Assembly: GCF_006345805.1 (NCBI RefSeq)
Contig: NC_042997.1
Coordinates: forward strand, 145,824,001 to 145,888,000
Length of the DNA stretch: 64,000 bases
DNA from: Octopus sinensis
Lineage: Eukaryota
Reading direction: 5' to 3'
The position numbers and the translations under genes were made by a program. This document shows, one piece after another, positions 11,082 through 23,755 of this stretch (positions within the stretch are counted from its first letter, which is position 1; the number at the start of each line of letters is the position of its first letter). The notes beneath the pieces are model-generated. The model searched no databases and had not been told where the DNA came from. It saw only the letters and a program-made list of their open reading frames with translations.

Positions 11082-11650
11082 AAGGCGTTGAGCTGGCAGA
11101 ATCATTATCTCGCCGATCTAAGTTCAAATTACGCCGAAGTCGACTTTGCCTTTCAACCTTCCGAGTTGATTAAATAAGTACCAGTTACACACTGGGGTCG
11201 ATGTAATCGACTTAATCCCTTCTACCAAATTTGAGGCCCTAGGCAGCGAGCTGGCAGAATCGTTAGCATGCCGGGCGAAATGCTTAGCGGTATTTCATCT
11301 GCCGTTACGTTCTGAGTTCAAATTCTGCCGAGGTCGACTTTGCCTTTCATCCTTTCGGGGTCGATTAAATAAGTAGCAGTTACGCACTGGGGTCGATATA
11401 ATCGACTTAATCCGTTTGTCTGTCCTTGTTTCTCTCCTCTGTGTTTAGTCCCTTGTGGGTAGTAAATAAAATAGGTATTTCGGTTGCCTCGACGTTCTTA
11501 ATTGAAATTGTGCCGAGGTGGGCACTTTCCCTCTCATTCTTTCAGGGTCGATGAAATAAGTCCCAGATGAGCACTGTGGTCGCCATAATCGACTATCACC
11601 ATCCCCCATATTTCAAGCCTTGTGCCTATAATAGAAAGGATTATTATTGT
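11082..11650 (+). mobile_element. Three consecutive SINE family A units
   Basis: Head and body motifs recur at about 11082, 11241 and 11475. Confidence 0.8.
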
Positions 11651-12351
11651 TATTGTCATTATCGTTGTTATCATTATTGTTGTTTATCTCTGAGGTAAGG
11701 TAAGTTTTCTTCAGGGTTCTCTTTCACTAGCTGCTCTTAGTACTATTGTATCATTACTCAAATCTGTAGTTCTGTGACTATTTGTGACAGCGAGGGGTTC
11801 GCTTCTGTGATGTGGTATCTATTTATTGTCGTGTACACTGAGTCATTCTAGAGTTAAGTGTTTACTATGGAGGGCTTAGCATGGAATACAAACCATCGAT
11901 CTTGCCTAGGGTTATCTGCTACCTTATCTGATTGGCCTATCATGTTTTCAATATATTTGGAAAATATCTTGTAGAAATTATATTGCTTTCATGCGATGAC
12001 ATCGTTTCCTTATTATTCCTTTACTTAATTGTGTTTTACTTCTTTTCTTATTTACACCTGCGAAGAATCATATCACATAAAACGTATTTCGTAAGGTTAC
12101 AATAAATCAAAATAATAATCAAAAATACAAATCAAAATAGCCATATTTGCTTACATATCAGCTGTGCCTTTTCGTGAAAATATATGACCGCCAATAAAAC
12201 TAAAGAGATGAGATAGGTTCATTTTGTTATTGGTTTACTTGTTTAGTTCCAGATTAATAAATATCGAAGAGAACTTAGATCAAAGATATTCAACCCTTGC
12301 CAATTCCGTTTTATGAGATACATTTCCTTTTAATATCTGGGATAACATGTA

Positions 12352-12710
12352 AGACGACGAGTTGACAGAATCGTTAGCATGCCAGGCAAAATACTTAGTG
12401 ACATTTCGTCTGTCTTTTACGGTCTGAGTTCAAATTCCACCGCGGGGTTGACAAAATAAGTATCAGTTGGACACTGGAGGTCGATGTAATTGACTTTATC
12501 CCCTAACACCACCCAAAATTTGTGGGATTGTGTCAAAATTTGAAACGGCGGTTAGCCGGCAGAATCGTTAGCACATAGGAGGAAATGTTTAGCGATATTT
12601 CGTCCATCTTTACGTTCTGAGTTCAAATTCCTATTTGAACACCGAAGCCAATGGAATCAACTTACATTCCCCCCAAATGGCTGGCCTTGTGCCAAAATTT
12701 GAAACAAATA
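12352..12710 (+). mobile_element. Two tandem diverged SINE A copies
   Basis: CAGAATCGTTAGCA..CTGAGTTCAAATTCC occurs twice. Confidence 0.75.
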
Positions 12711-12733
12711 ATTAGAGCAATATTATGCAATGT

Positions 12734-12995
12734 AAAAAAAAAATAAACGCCCCCTTTTAAAGCCTAGCTAGGCTCATGGGCCCAGTTTCCCGGTTTCAGT
12801 GGCGTATCTGTTCACCAGCTGGATGAGACGCCTGTCCATCGCAGCGTTACTCATTTTTGCCATTTGAGTGCCCTGGAGCAGCGTGAAATGAAGTGTTTTC
12901 CTCAAGAACACAACGCGTCGCCCGGTCCAGGAATCGAAACCACAATCTTACGATCATGATGCAGACACCCTAACCACTAAGCCACGCACCTCCAC
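12734..12995 (-). mobile_element. tRNA-SINE family C with 13-bp target-site duplication and T-rich tail
   Basis: A box TGGCTTAGTGG, B box TTTCGATTCC; tattatgcaatgt duplicated at 12721-12733 and 12996-13008; V-domain-like CTGCGATGGACAGGCGTC. Confidence 0.85.
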
Positions 12996-14806
12996 TATTA
13001 TGCAATGTACCCTCCCTATTTTTCAGACACCAGGTTGTGAGTTGAGATTTGGCTACTATTTCTTAATTTCGATTGATGTCGTACAGGCTCATTTCATGAC
13101 TCGAGTGGAATGGCGAAAATACAGCCTAAACAATGGATAAAACGTTCCTATAAATGCAAAATTTTATCCAACAAATTTTTTTAACATTAAATGCAATTAA
13201 CATCCAAACAATAATAAGCATTATAATTGTGCAGTGAGGAAAATATAGCACTAGCTCAAAAGCTACTGTTGTCTTAATCATTTAACCATATAAGTATTAC
13301 AAAGGCGGGTATGTTTTAATTATAAGCATAAACTTTACTGTTCTTAAGGAATTTGTGAGCTGAGTAATATAAAGTTAATATATAATATGGAAAAATAATG
13401 CTCCGATGATGAGGTCAAATAACACCGAAATCTATACAGAGTTGTTGCTCCTACTTCCTGGAATGATTAAACAAGATTGCCACTGAGCTAATCTTTCATT
13501 GCCTAATTACTATTTCTAATTAGATATTCGATACTTACTACCATAAAGATATCAACACAAACATAGTTTTTTTTTTTGTGTAGATACATAGATGATGTCT
13601 GTGAGAAAATATTGTTTGTGATTTGCCATTTAAAATGTTCTTACTCTTGCTTTAAACAATAGTAAATTCTGTCGATATTCTGATCGATAAAATAACTATA
13701 GACAATGTAACTTTTGAAAAAAATATACACATAGTTATATAAACACATACACAAAACACAATCATGAACGCAAACATATACATACATTACACTTCTTTAA
13801 AAACTTTTTTTGATCGAAGCAAAAAAAAACTAAGAAATGATACGCGTGCGAAGTAGTAGATTTACTAACGTAAGGATGCTGACTTTATCCTGATTTAGAA
13901 TAAATGATATAGTACGATACATAAGTCCACAGAATATTACTGATCGCTTTACGAAATATATCTAATTTATCAACTAGGATTAGTTTTTTTTTTAGTATAT
14001 TTTTTAAGCTATGTCTGTTGCCATTTACTTGGTTAGATAGAGGAACTGATAGCACGATGTTTTTTTACATCATGTTATATAATGATGTCCGGATGGCGGT
14101 TTGATAACAGCAAAATATATAGTGAAGTGCGTTGATAACAGTCACGTCTAGGAATGGTTGGTGATGATGGTGTGCGGGGTGATAGACAGATAACTAGATG
14201 TGTAAATGAAAGTCCGATAATACGATGTCTGTCTCATAACATTAAAACCAGTTATATTTTATTCGTGATAAAATACAAGACGAGGAGAGCAACAGCTGCC
14301 TGCCAGGTTCTGTTTGATTTATCTAGTCATGTAAACCGACACTATTATAGACACATAAAAAAAAAGAAACAGAACTAAAATTAATACAAAGATGTATAAA
14401 GTGCTTGATAATTAAATGAAATAAAACCTTGCTAATTGCACTAATTGCAACAAAAACATGGCATTATATAAATGCAGAAGAGAAACAGGAGTTGTTACGT
14501 GTTTAAGTTTTCCGATATAGTTATTTGTTAGTGGTTCGTGAGAAAAACATGTTAACATAGGAGTTCAGCAACTATATATGGATTATTTCAGCATGTCACC
14601 AGAGGAAGTATAATCTATTAAAAACAGTAGAATTTTAAAAATGGAAAAGTAGGTAGTTTCAGTAGTAGTTTTTTTGTTGTTGGTAGTACGTAGCCGTGAC
14701 TATCCTTCCCGAGACACATAATACATTTTGCTCCAGGTACAACATCGTTCAATTTGCCCTTCATTTTTAAGATTTTATATTGTAAATTAAACAGAGATTT
14801 GGCTGC

Positions 14807-15221
14807 ATACCTTTTTCGGTTTGAACGGCAGTTTTTCTAGTGGTGTCATATGAAATTGTCACCCATAATTATGACCCTAGTATCGATCTATTGCATTTCA
14901 ATCTGTTTTAGGTTAGGGTTAGGGGTGGGGGAAGGGTATCTTTTTTTCTTCACAAATGTAAATAAACCCAATCTGTTTCTTAAACGAGGGACATATTCAT
15001 ACGGCACAGAATGTTTTCACCTCAATAGACGGTCATTGATTGGTTGAAATTGCCGAAATGCAAGAAATTAAAGACCAAATATCTTACAAACTATAGAATA
15101 TTCTCAATAAAGCCAAGAGAAAAAGATGTTTTATAAACACATTCTACCAGTATACGAAGTTTAAAATTTTTTAGTTACCTAGAAATTATGTTAAAAACTG
15201 CCGTTCAAACCGAAAAGATCC
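14807..15221. mobile_element. MITE with ~25-bp TIRs and 8-bp TSD (Merlin-like by inference)
   Basis: TTTTCGGTTTGAACGGCAGTTTTT inverted at both ends; TSD ttggctgc at 14799-14806 and 15222-15229; internal TTAGGG run. Confidence 0.85.
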
Positions 15222-15863
15222 TTGGCTGCTATAGCACTCCTTATTGGCTCGCTGTTAAGTTTCATTGTAATTTTATACTGTATTATATGATCAATTAAGC
15301 CATACATCTAACAGTAATTATCCAGTATAAAACATTCTCTAAGTTGTTGCAGCCAAATCTCCCTGTAATCACACCTCACTGTCTTGAGAAAAGGAAGACC
15401 ATATTGGGCATTGTAGTTCTAGATATTAAATAAAAATAAGTTTTTGATCTAACGTTTCGATAAACAATAATATCAGCAAAAATCCAACAAGCATGAAATT
15501 TCTTAAAGATTTTGAGAAGTCAATGGCACTGTGAAATCTACCTAAGCATAAACATTCCTCGAGATAGGTGAAACATTTATCTGGGAATTACATAATCATG
15601 CAGAAAGGTTGTGAGAACTTTAGTAGTGATGTAATATTAGTTTATAAGTTTCACTCGAAAGAAATACCCAACTATGATGCTAAAGCGTCAATGATACGCT
15701 AATAAAAACAAAATGATACTGTTATAAAAACAACACTGATAAGAGCGGATTACAAGTAAACACTGTAATATGAAATGATAAAATTTTATTGTAAAATGAA
15801 ATCTACAATGATTTAGAACGGACTATTTTGTTGACATGTCTGAATTTTGTGCCGGAGATTTTC

Positions 15864-15896
<33 letters not shown>

Positions 15897-16224
15897 ATTT
15901 GGCTCAAAAGCAAATAGCAAGGCCATGTAGGGGGACATGGAGTTAAGTACAGAGTGGTGTTCATGTAAAGAGTTCAGGCCACTTGAGGTCAAGGGAGGCT
16001 TTGAACAAAGCGGTCGTCGGCATCTTCACCATCTCGTCTGGCAGCTTGTTCTACGGATCCGCAACCCGGACGGAGAAAGCTCCTCTCCTTCGATTGAGAT
16101 GAAATCGTCGCAGGTAGAGCTTTTCGGAATGACCCCGCAGCCGACGCTCTGGAGCAGGAGTGAAGAACAGCTCTTTCGAGGGGTTACACTTTCCGCTTAT
16201 GATGTTGTGGGCGAGAATGAGATC
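15864..16224 (-). mobile_element. CR1-clade LINE 3' fragment with (TAAC)n tail
   Basis: Translates DLI..LRGHSEKL..FSVRVADP*NKLP..FKASLD, typical of the CR1 ORF2 C-terminus. Confidence 0.88.
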
Positions 16225-16477
16225 AGAATCGTTAGAACATCGGACAAAATGTGTTACTGAGTTTAGCTGCGACACTTAACGTTATGAGTTCCAATTTCAT
16301 CGAAGTCAACGTTTCCTTTCATTTTTCATCGTCAATTAAGTAAAATGTTACTCATGCACAAGGGTAAATTTACTCTACTAAAAGCTGGCACCCAAAGTTA
16401 TTGTTTATTTCCCTGTCAGCCCTTATTGAGAAGCCCTGTAACCAACGACATTCTTGTCTTCTGTCACTCATAGTATT

Positions 16478-16878
16478 TTATTCTTTCACATGTTTCAGTC
16501 ATTTGACTGCGGCCATGCTGGAGCACCGCATTTAATCGAATCAAATCGACCCCAGGACTTATTCTTAGTAAGCCCAGTACTTATTCTACCGGTCTCTTTT
16601 GCCGAACCGCTAAGTTACGAGGACCTAAACAGACCAGCATCGGTTGTCAAGCGATGTTGACGGGACAAACACAGATACACAACATATACACACACATAAG
16701 TATATATATATATATACATATATACATATATACGACGGGCTTCTTTCAGTTTCCGTCTACCAAATCCACTCACAAGGCTTTAGTAGAAGACACTTGCCGA
16801 AGGTTCCACACAGTGGGACTGAACCCGGAACCATGTGGTTGGTAAACAAGCTACTTATCCCACAGCCACTCCTGCGCT
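16478..16878 (-). mobile_element. tRNA-SINE family B (CORE-like body, internal microsatellite)
   Basis: GGAGTGGCTGTG..GGTTCAGTCCC head and GGTGCTCCAGCATGGCCGCAGTC tail. Confidence 0.85.
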
Positions 16879-17245
16879 TATATATATATATTGGAAAACT
16901 TTACTTAGCGAGTGTAATTATCTGTCTTTAAGAGGGTAGGGTGGAATTCGAAGTAATTTCGGCAACAAATTCTTGCACGTCAAATTGCGCCATAGAACTG
17001 GTATCCTATTATTGTCGCTGTCTATCCGAGGGGGTGGGGAAGAGGTTTTAGAATGATTTACGCTTTATGTTATATTTGGTTGGTACTTGTTGAGCTCCTG
17101 GAAAATCCTGATAGAGTAGAGCAATGATCAAGGGTAATCCAGCTATGGCCACTCCGTTCCAATTTCGTGCAAAGTCATGTAGGATCTACATTATTTGAAG
17201 TGTTCTACTCTTAAACATATATACATATACATATGTATACATATA

Positions 17246-17293
<48 letters not shown>

Positions 17294-17624
17294 GTGTGTG
17301 TGTGTGTGTGTTTACACAGACATATATTTGTTCGTCTCACGTGCATTTGATCATGGGAGCATGGATTGGACAAATATATATTAATGAGACATTGTTTTAA
17401 AACTCTCATATCGCTAAACTTTACCTTTTTTGTTGTTTTCGAGTAAAGGACAATCTTCTGCTCTTTCTGAGATTGGTAGGACGATTGGAGAAGGATACCG
17501 TCAAACTGAAAATTGCAACAGGGAAGACTCTGCCACAGGCATTTAAAAGCCTTTTGGTGGTGTTAAACCGGGCAACCAATTAAGTCTCTCTTCTGCTATA
17601 ATCTGTTAAAGAATAAAAAAGAAA

Positions 17625-17690
17625 TATGGCGTAGTGGTTAAGAGTGCAGGCTACTAACTCCAAGATTCCGAGTTCGATTCCTGGCAGCGA

Positions 17691-17738
<48 letters not shown>

Positions 17739-17888
17739 TAACAACATCGAAAAATATCTTAGGAATGAGAACCCAGATTCGAAATTTCCTCAAGACACCT
17801 GGAGAAGGCTGGAGGGTATATCAGTCGAAACGTTGTGTTAAGAATAAACAAGACGAGGACCAATGCCCGTCAATTGTAAATAATGTAA
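17625..17888 (+). mobile_element. tRNA-headed SINE-like element carrying a hammerhead-like motif
   Basis: A box TGGCGTAGTGG, B box GTTCGATTCC, (AAT)n spacer, hammerhead-like motif at 17794-17839, then AATAAA. Confidence 0.75.
17794..17839 (+). ncRNA. Minimal type I hammerhead-like motif (core variant CUGGAGA)
   Basis: gacac CTGGAGA a ggctg-loop-cagtc GAAA cg TT gtgtt; stems I and II pair. Confidence 0.65.
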
Positions 17889-18097
17889 AAAAGGAATAGA
17901 CTCAACTCAACACAGAAATTTTGTCTCTGAAAACTGTGCTGTTAAGTTAAAAATGTCTCAGATTAGTATTAAGATATGGAGGTAAAAACAAGCATTGATT
18001 TAACAATGGGGGTGTTTCAAATTCACCTAAAAAAATTAGTTGTCGAACTCGCGCTAGCATAGTAAAACCGACGTAAAATGAAGGAACAAATACTCAC

Positions 18098-18495
18098 AGG
18101 TGCAGAAGTGGCTGTGTTGTAAGTAGCTTGCTTACCAACTACATGATTCCGGGTTCAGTCCCACTGCGTGGCACCTAGACTTCTATAGTCTAGGGCCGAC
18201 CCAAAACTTGTAAGTAGATTTGGTAGACGGAAACTGAAAGAAGCCCGTCGTATATATATATATATATATATACATATATGTGTGTTTGTGTGTGTGTTTG
18301 CCCCCTCCCCAATATCGCTTGAAAACCGATGCTGGTGTGTTTACGTCCCCGTAACTTAGCGGTTCGGTAAAATAGACGGATAGAATAAGTACTAAACTTA
18401 CAATGAATAAGTCCTGGGGTCGATTTGCTCGACTAAAGGCAGTGCTCCAGTATGGCCGCAGTCCGATGACTGAAACAAGTAAAAAAATAAAAGAA
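18098..18495 (+). mobile_element. SINE family B
   Basis: Colinear with the other B copies. Confidence 0.85.
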
Positions 18496-18533
18496 TATAA
18501 GTATGTATGTGTATACACATGCACGTCTATATA

Positions 18534-18581
<48 letters not shown>

Positions 18582-19376
18582 TGCGTGTGTGTGAGAGTGC
18601 GTGTATATATATATAATGTGCGTGTATGTGTATTCACTCTTTGTATTTGAAGGTAGCAGCTAAATATACCTCAGATCACACCCTACAAGCTTCAGAAAAC
18701 TAGAGAGTACACTGGATGATGTATTGCTTGGATCTTTATAGGTGAAAAGATAAATCTAACAGAATGACCGGAGCTGGAATGGTCATAGCTCTGCTACTCA
18801 ATCAAGGTTGGCCTTGGGTTAAACAACAACAACAGCACTAACCCATTACCACCACCACCACCACCACCACCACCACCACTACCACTACCACCACCACCAC
18901 CACCATCACCACCACCACCACCACTTTCAATAGTATTTGATTTACGAAACTGTAAATTGAATACAGTAGACGTAATAATTTTATGTCTGAAGAGAGATGG
19001 TGATGGCCGACTGGGCGTTATATAAATAGGATATATATATATAACAGAGTCTCTTATTACATTCTCCACACTGTCTGAATCGTGTTAGGAACTGTCTCCT
19101 TTATTTTAAAAAAATCAAAAAAAAAAGAAAGAAAAAAGGAAAAGAAAAGAAAGGAAAGAAAGAAATGACAAAAAAAATTGAAATAGAAAAAGAAAAGAAT
19201 AATTTATGCATTTACATTATATTATGTCATATTATGGCATTATTATTTTCGCTAGAGAGGTAATCGAGTTTTCTAGAATTGTAGCAGACAACCACTTCAA
19301 AAAAGTTCTGAGATTTAACGAAGTTAATGTTAAGTCTGTCTTCATTCTATGTTAGTCTGTTTTCAAACTGATCTCT

Positions 19377-19378
19377 TT

Positions 19379-19457
<79 letters not shown>

Positions 19458-19478
19458 TTCATTTATTTATTTATTTAT
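19377..19478. repeat. (TTTA)n
   Basis: Directly visible. Confidence 0.95.
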
Positions 19479-19579
19479 ATTTAATAATTGTTTCTCATAT
19501 TTTTTATTCGTTTCTTTTTCATCATTGTACACATCAATAAACAATTTATATATGTATATATATATATATATATATAATG

Positions 19580-19624
<45 letters not shown>

Positions 19625-19671
19625 ATCAACATATATATGTGTGTGTGTGTGTAATTTATATACATATATAT

Positions 19672-19707
<36 letters not shown>

Positions 19708-20048
19708 ATATCCTTACGTCTACGTAGCAACACACATTTTTAACGCCGAACCAATGAGAGCCTCTACGTGGTTGCTTAACCTAACAAATAAAAAAACAGA
19801 TGGCAAGTTAGTAAACATAATTTCACTCAAATCTCAGCATATAGAAAGACAAGATGATCACGGCTAGGAAGCCTTTGATCGTAAGTCTGCTCTCTTAGGG
19901 CTTACCTGGAGTTAAATAGCAACAATAGTTACACTTGGACGCTTGTTATTGCTACCTTTGTGATCGTTATGATCATCGTCGTCGCCATCACCATCATTTA
20001 TTTAATCCTATACCTCTTCCTCATCATCATCATTCATATCACATTCAT

Positions 20049-20342
20049 GTGGAGGCACATGGCCTAGTGGTTAGAGCAGCGGACTCGCGGTCGAGGGATC
20101 GCGGATTCGAATCTCAGACCGGGCGATGTGTGTGTGTTTGTGAGCGAAACACCTAAGCTCCACGCGGCTCTGGCAGAAGGTAATGGCAAACTTCTGCTGA
20201 CTCTTCCGCCACAACTTTCTCTCACTCTTTCCTCCTGCATCTTGCAGCTCACCTGCGACGGACCGGCGTCCTGTCCAGTGGGGGGGGGGACCTATACGCC
20301 AAGGAAACCGGGAAACCGGCCCTTATGAGCCACGCATGCCTC
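20049..20342 (+). mobile_element. tRNA-derived SINE related to family C
   Basis: TGGCCTAGTGG and ATTCGAATC boxes; CCTGCGACGGACCGGCGTCCTGTCCAG and GAAACCGGGAAAC shared with family C; a second head at 46395-46516 (-). Confidence 0.8.
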
Positions 20343-20428
20343 AACAATATCATATTCATGAAACAAACATCATCCTTGTCGTTACTACCATCATCGTCAT
20401 CGCCATCATAATTGATATTTATCATCGT

Positions 20429-20471
<43 letters not shown>

Positions 20472-20949
20472 GTCAACAATACAGCAGTAACAACAACACA
20501 AATGAGGAAGGCAGCCTCTTTGTGGTTGTTCGATTTGTGAGAAAGAGCAGCGAAATCTCTTTCAAATCACACACTGCAACATTTTTTAGAAAGCAAAGAG
20601 ATAATGCAGACCTAAGCAAGCCCAAAAGGACTAGATTGGTCTCTGGAATGCCTTTAATCATAGGTTTCTTCGATCGTGGATGATCTGAGGCTAATGAGCA
20701 ATAACACGTGTATAGTAGGTTGGTGAAATTGCCAGAAGGTTGGACCAAGGGCTTGCATTATTCAATTACGATTGAAATGCTGCCCAGGTAAAAAAACAAA
20801 AGGGTTGTTTTTGATATTGCGTGTTCATGTCTTGTGCCTGCCCTATAGCAGAAAGGACATTTCCGGATTCGATAAAATGCTGTACTTGTCAAGTACTGGT
20901 TGGGGTTAATGTATTTCTCGAAGCATCTTATACGTGGACAGGATTGTAA

Positions 20950-21225
20950 TAGAAAAAAAAGGGGGGAGGAGGAGAGAATAAAAAGGAGAAGAAGAAGGAG
21001 GAGGAAGAGGGGAGGATGAGCTGAAAAAGAAGGGGAGGAGGAAATGAAGGAAGAGGAGAAGAAAGAGAAGGAGAAGGAAGAGCGGAAGAGGAAGAGAAAG
21101 AAAAAGAAAAGGAGGAGAAGAAGAAGATAAAGTAAAAAAAGAAGAAGAAGAAGAAGAAGAAGATGAAGAAGAAGAAGAAAAGGGTGATGATGATGAAGAA
21201 GGAGAAAAAGAAGAAAATAAAACCA
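20950..21225. repeat. Purine-rich (GAA/GGA)n low-complexity tract
   Basis: Directly visible. Confidence 0.9.
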
Positions 21226-21667
21226 GCAATAAAAGAATACGACTGGTTTTACGTTGTCGTTCGACTGTCTAGAAATAGTAACCTAATCTCCTTCAAATCA
21301 CGCCCCCGCAACCCAATCTCTTTCAAAAATCAGTGATGAAGACAAGTTAAACGACATCAAACACTATAGCAACATAAGACAGATTATTGGTTTATCAATG
21401 TTAATTGCTTATTGTTAGACATATGATGTCGTGAAAAGCTATCACTCTCTCTCTCTCTCTTCCATTCTTCTCACTCTTTCTCTCTCCCCACCTTTCACGT
21501 TTTCTCTATCCTTCCTCGCTCCATCTTTCTACCCCCCTCTCTCTCTCTCAGCCAATCATCAAGCAACATCAGTTCATAGGTCGTTAATGCTATTGTTGCT
21601 ATTGTCCTCATCCTCATCTATTCCCCTGTGGCTATTATTATTATTATTATTATTATTATATTATTAT

Positions 21668-21770
21668 TGAGTGAGTGACAGAGAGCAGTGCATGCCATCA
21701 AAGTGACACTGAGGTAAAATATACGGAGCCCAGAATACCCATCATGACACCCCATCTGAAAAGGGTACAC
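21668..21770 (-). mobile_element. (TAA)n-associated retroposon copy d (3' 100 bp only)
   Basis: Matches 8801-8900. Confidence 0.8.
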
Positions 21771-21912
21771 AGAATAGACCCGCATATAGTGAATGACATG
21801 GTGTGTCAATCAGCACAAACACACGTCCGCTATCTGTGACATATACACTCACATCGTTTTCAAGCCTTGAAACTATAGTAGAAAGGATTATTATTGTCAT
21901 TATTATTATTAT

Positions 21913-22370
21913 TGAGTGAGAGAGCAGTTCATGCCATCAAAGTGACACTGGGGTAAAATATACGAAGCCCAATATACCCATCATGACTACCCGTCTGATA
22001 AAGGTACACCAGGCACATGCATCACAACCATATGTGCGCGACATGGTGATCTCATATCAAGATAAACAGCCATGACCTTGCAGGTGGGGCCCAGTTTGAA
22101 TTTCTTCAGGTTGAGTAGCCCATCCCGCTCAAACGGTCCCCGAATAAGGGTTGTTTAAGGATGTTGAAAGAACCACCCATGTTTCCAGAGGTGAACTATT
22201 CAAACCCCAAAGCATCCCTCTCAACACATGGCTATGATGCTCCCCCACTACTTCTGCTCGTGATAGAGATGCACATATCGTCAGCCACTAAGGACATGCT
22301 CAACTGGTTAAGGTCAAACAACTGACAAGCAAATCTGTGGTATTGAGCAGAATATTTGCTGTAGCCCATC

Positions 22371-22376
<6 letters not shown>
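21913..22376 (-). mobile_element. (TAA)n-associated retroposon copy e, 5'-truncated
   Basis: Colinear with copy b; (TTA)n on both sides. Confidence 0.85.
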
Positions 22377-22432
<56 letters not shown>

Positions 22433-22440
22433 TATTATTA

Positions 22441-22748
22441 AGGCGGCGAGTTGGCAGAACCGTTAACACGCCGCGCAAAATATTTGGCAGCATTTCGCCT
22501 TTTATCGTCTTTATGTTCTGAGTTCAAATTCCGCCAAGGTCAGCTTTGCCTTTGGTCCTTTCGAGGTCGATGTAATCGACTAGCCTCTTCCCGCAAAAGA
22601 TTAGACCTTAGGCCTATAGTAGAAACGATTATTTTTATTGAGGCGTCGAGTTGGCAAAATCGCTAGCAGGCTGGGCGAGATGCTTATGTGATCCCGATTA
22701 TGCGATCTGTTTTTCAACCCGACCGAGGTCAACTTTGCCTTTCATTCT
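22441..22748 (+). mobile_element. SINE family A, one full and one partial copy
   Basis: Family A motifs. Confidence 0.75.
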
Positions 22749-22838
22749 ATAATAAAAAAGTCTAAAATATTTCAGCAGTTTAATGACAAATTATTTGTAT
22801 ATATAACTAGACATGAAAAAATATTTATATCTCATATA

Positions 22839-23011
22839 TCTATATATATATAAAGCTGAAGTTGTCTGTGTGTATTGCAGGTTTGGTAGCCTTCAACTAA
22901 CACTATCTTCTCCGAGACCCTGCGATGCAAGTTAACTAAAATTGAAAGTATGATAGAAGAAGGCTTCCGTTTTTAGCGCAACTAAAAGCAAACCCGAGCA
23001 AAGCCGGGTTA
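22839..23011 (+). mobile_element. Short non-autonomous Helitron-like element
   Basis: 5' A|TCTATATATATAAA; 3' hairpin AACCCG-AGCAAAGC-CGGGTT; terminal CTAG absent. Confidence 0.55.
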
Positions 23012-23028
23012 TATGTATATATATATAA

Positions 23029-23066
<38 letters not shown>

Positions 23067-23143
23067 TATATATATAATATATTATATATATATATGTATA
23101 TTTATATATGTATATATATATATATGTATATATATATATGTAT

Positions 23144-23700
23144 AAATCCTTAAAAATGTTTTAGCCCGAAGGCCACGGCCATGCTGGGGCACCACCGCTG
23201 AATGAGCTACACTAGTTTGTGAATCCACCTCTGATACGTGGCACTTGATCAACAAGGGAGTTCGATGCTGCTGCCCGCATCCGTGTCTCCTGTCGTGAGG
23301 TAGGTTCATCTGGGACTCCCAACAAGAAGAGATCCAGTTTAGTTTTAAAGAAACCCACATCCACACCATGTAAGTCTCTCAGGCATTTAGGGAGGATGTT
23401 AAAGAGCTGTGGTCCTCTGAAACCCAAGCTGTTGCAGTATCTGGACCTGTATTTTGATGGTGATGTTGGAATCCTTGGCACCACGCAGCGGCGCCCCGTT
23501 CTGCGGTTGGAGTAACTTTGAATGCCAAAGTTTGGGACAAGACCCTCCAGGATTTTCCAGATGTATATCACTGCATATCTCTCCCGCCTCCGCTCTAGGG
23601 AGAAGAGGTTTAATACCTTCAGTCTTTCCCAGTAGCTGATATTTTGCATTGAGACGATTTTCTTTGTGTAGCTTCTCTGAATTGCTTCGAGTTCTGCTGT
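23144..23700 (-). mobile_element. CR1-group (Zenon/L2-like) LINE 3' fragment in (TA)n
   Basis: Open frame LEAIQR..SYWERLKVLNLFSLERRRERY..GPQLFNILP..FKTKLDLFL..PDEP; short 3' UTR. Confidence 0.9.
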
Positions 23701-23755
23701 TTGTTTTATATTGTGTATTATATATATATGTTTTATATTGTGTATTATATATATA

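Noticed and set aside
18325-18390. HDV-like fold in the SINE B body
   Set aside because: Some hairpins and a CC/GG pair, but no P2 or catalytic C found.
20049-20125. tRNA gene
   Set aside because: A/B boxes present but no acceptor stem; continues into a SINE body (same for 17625 and 12995).
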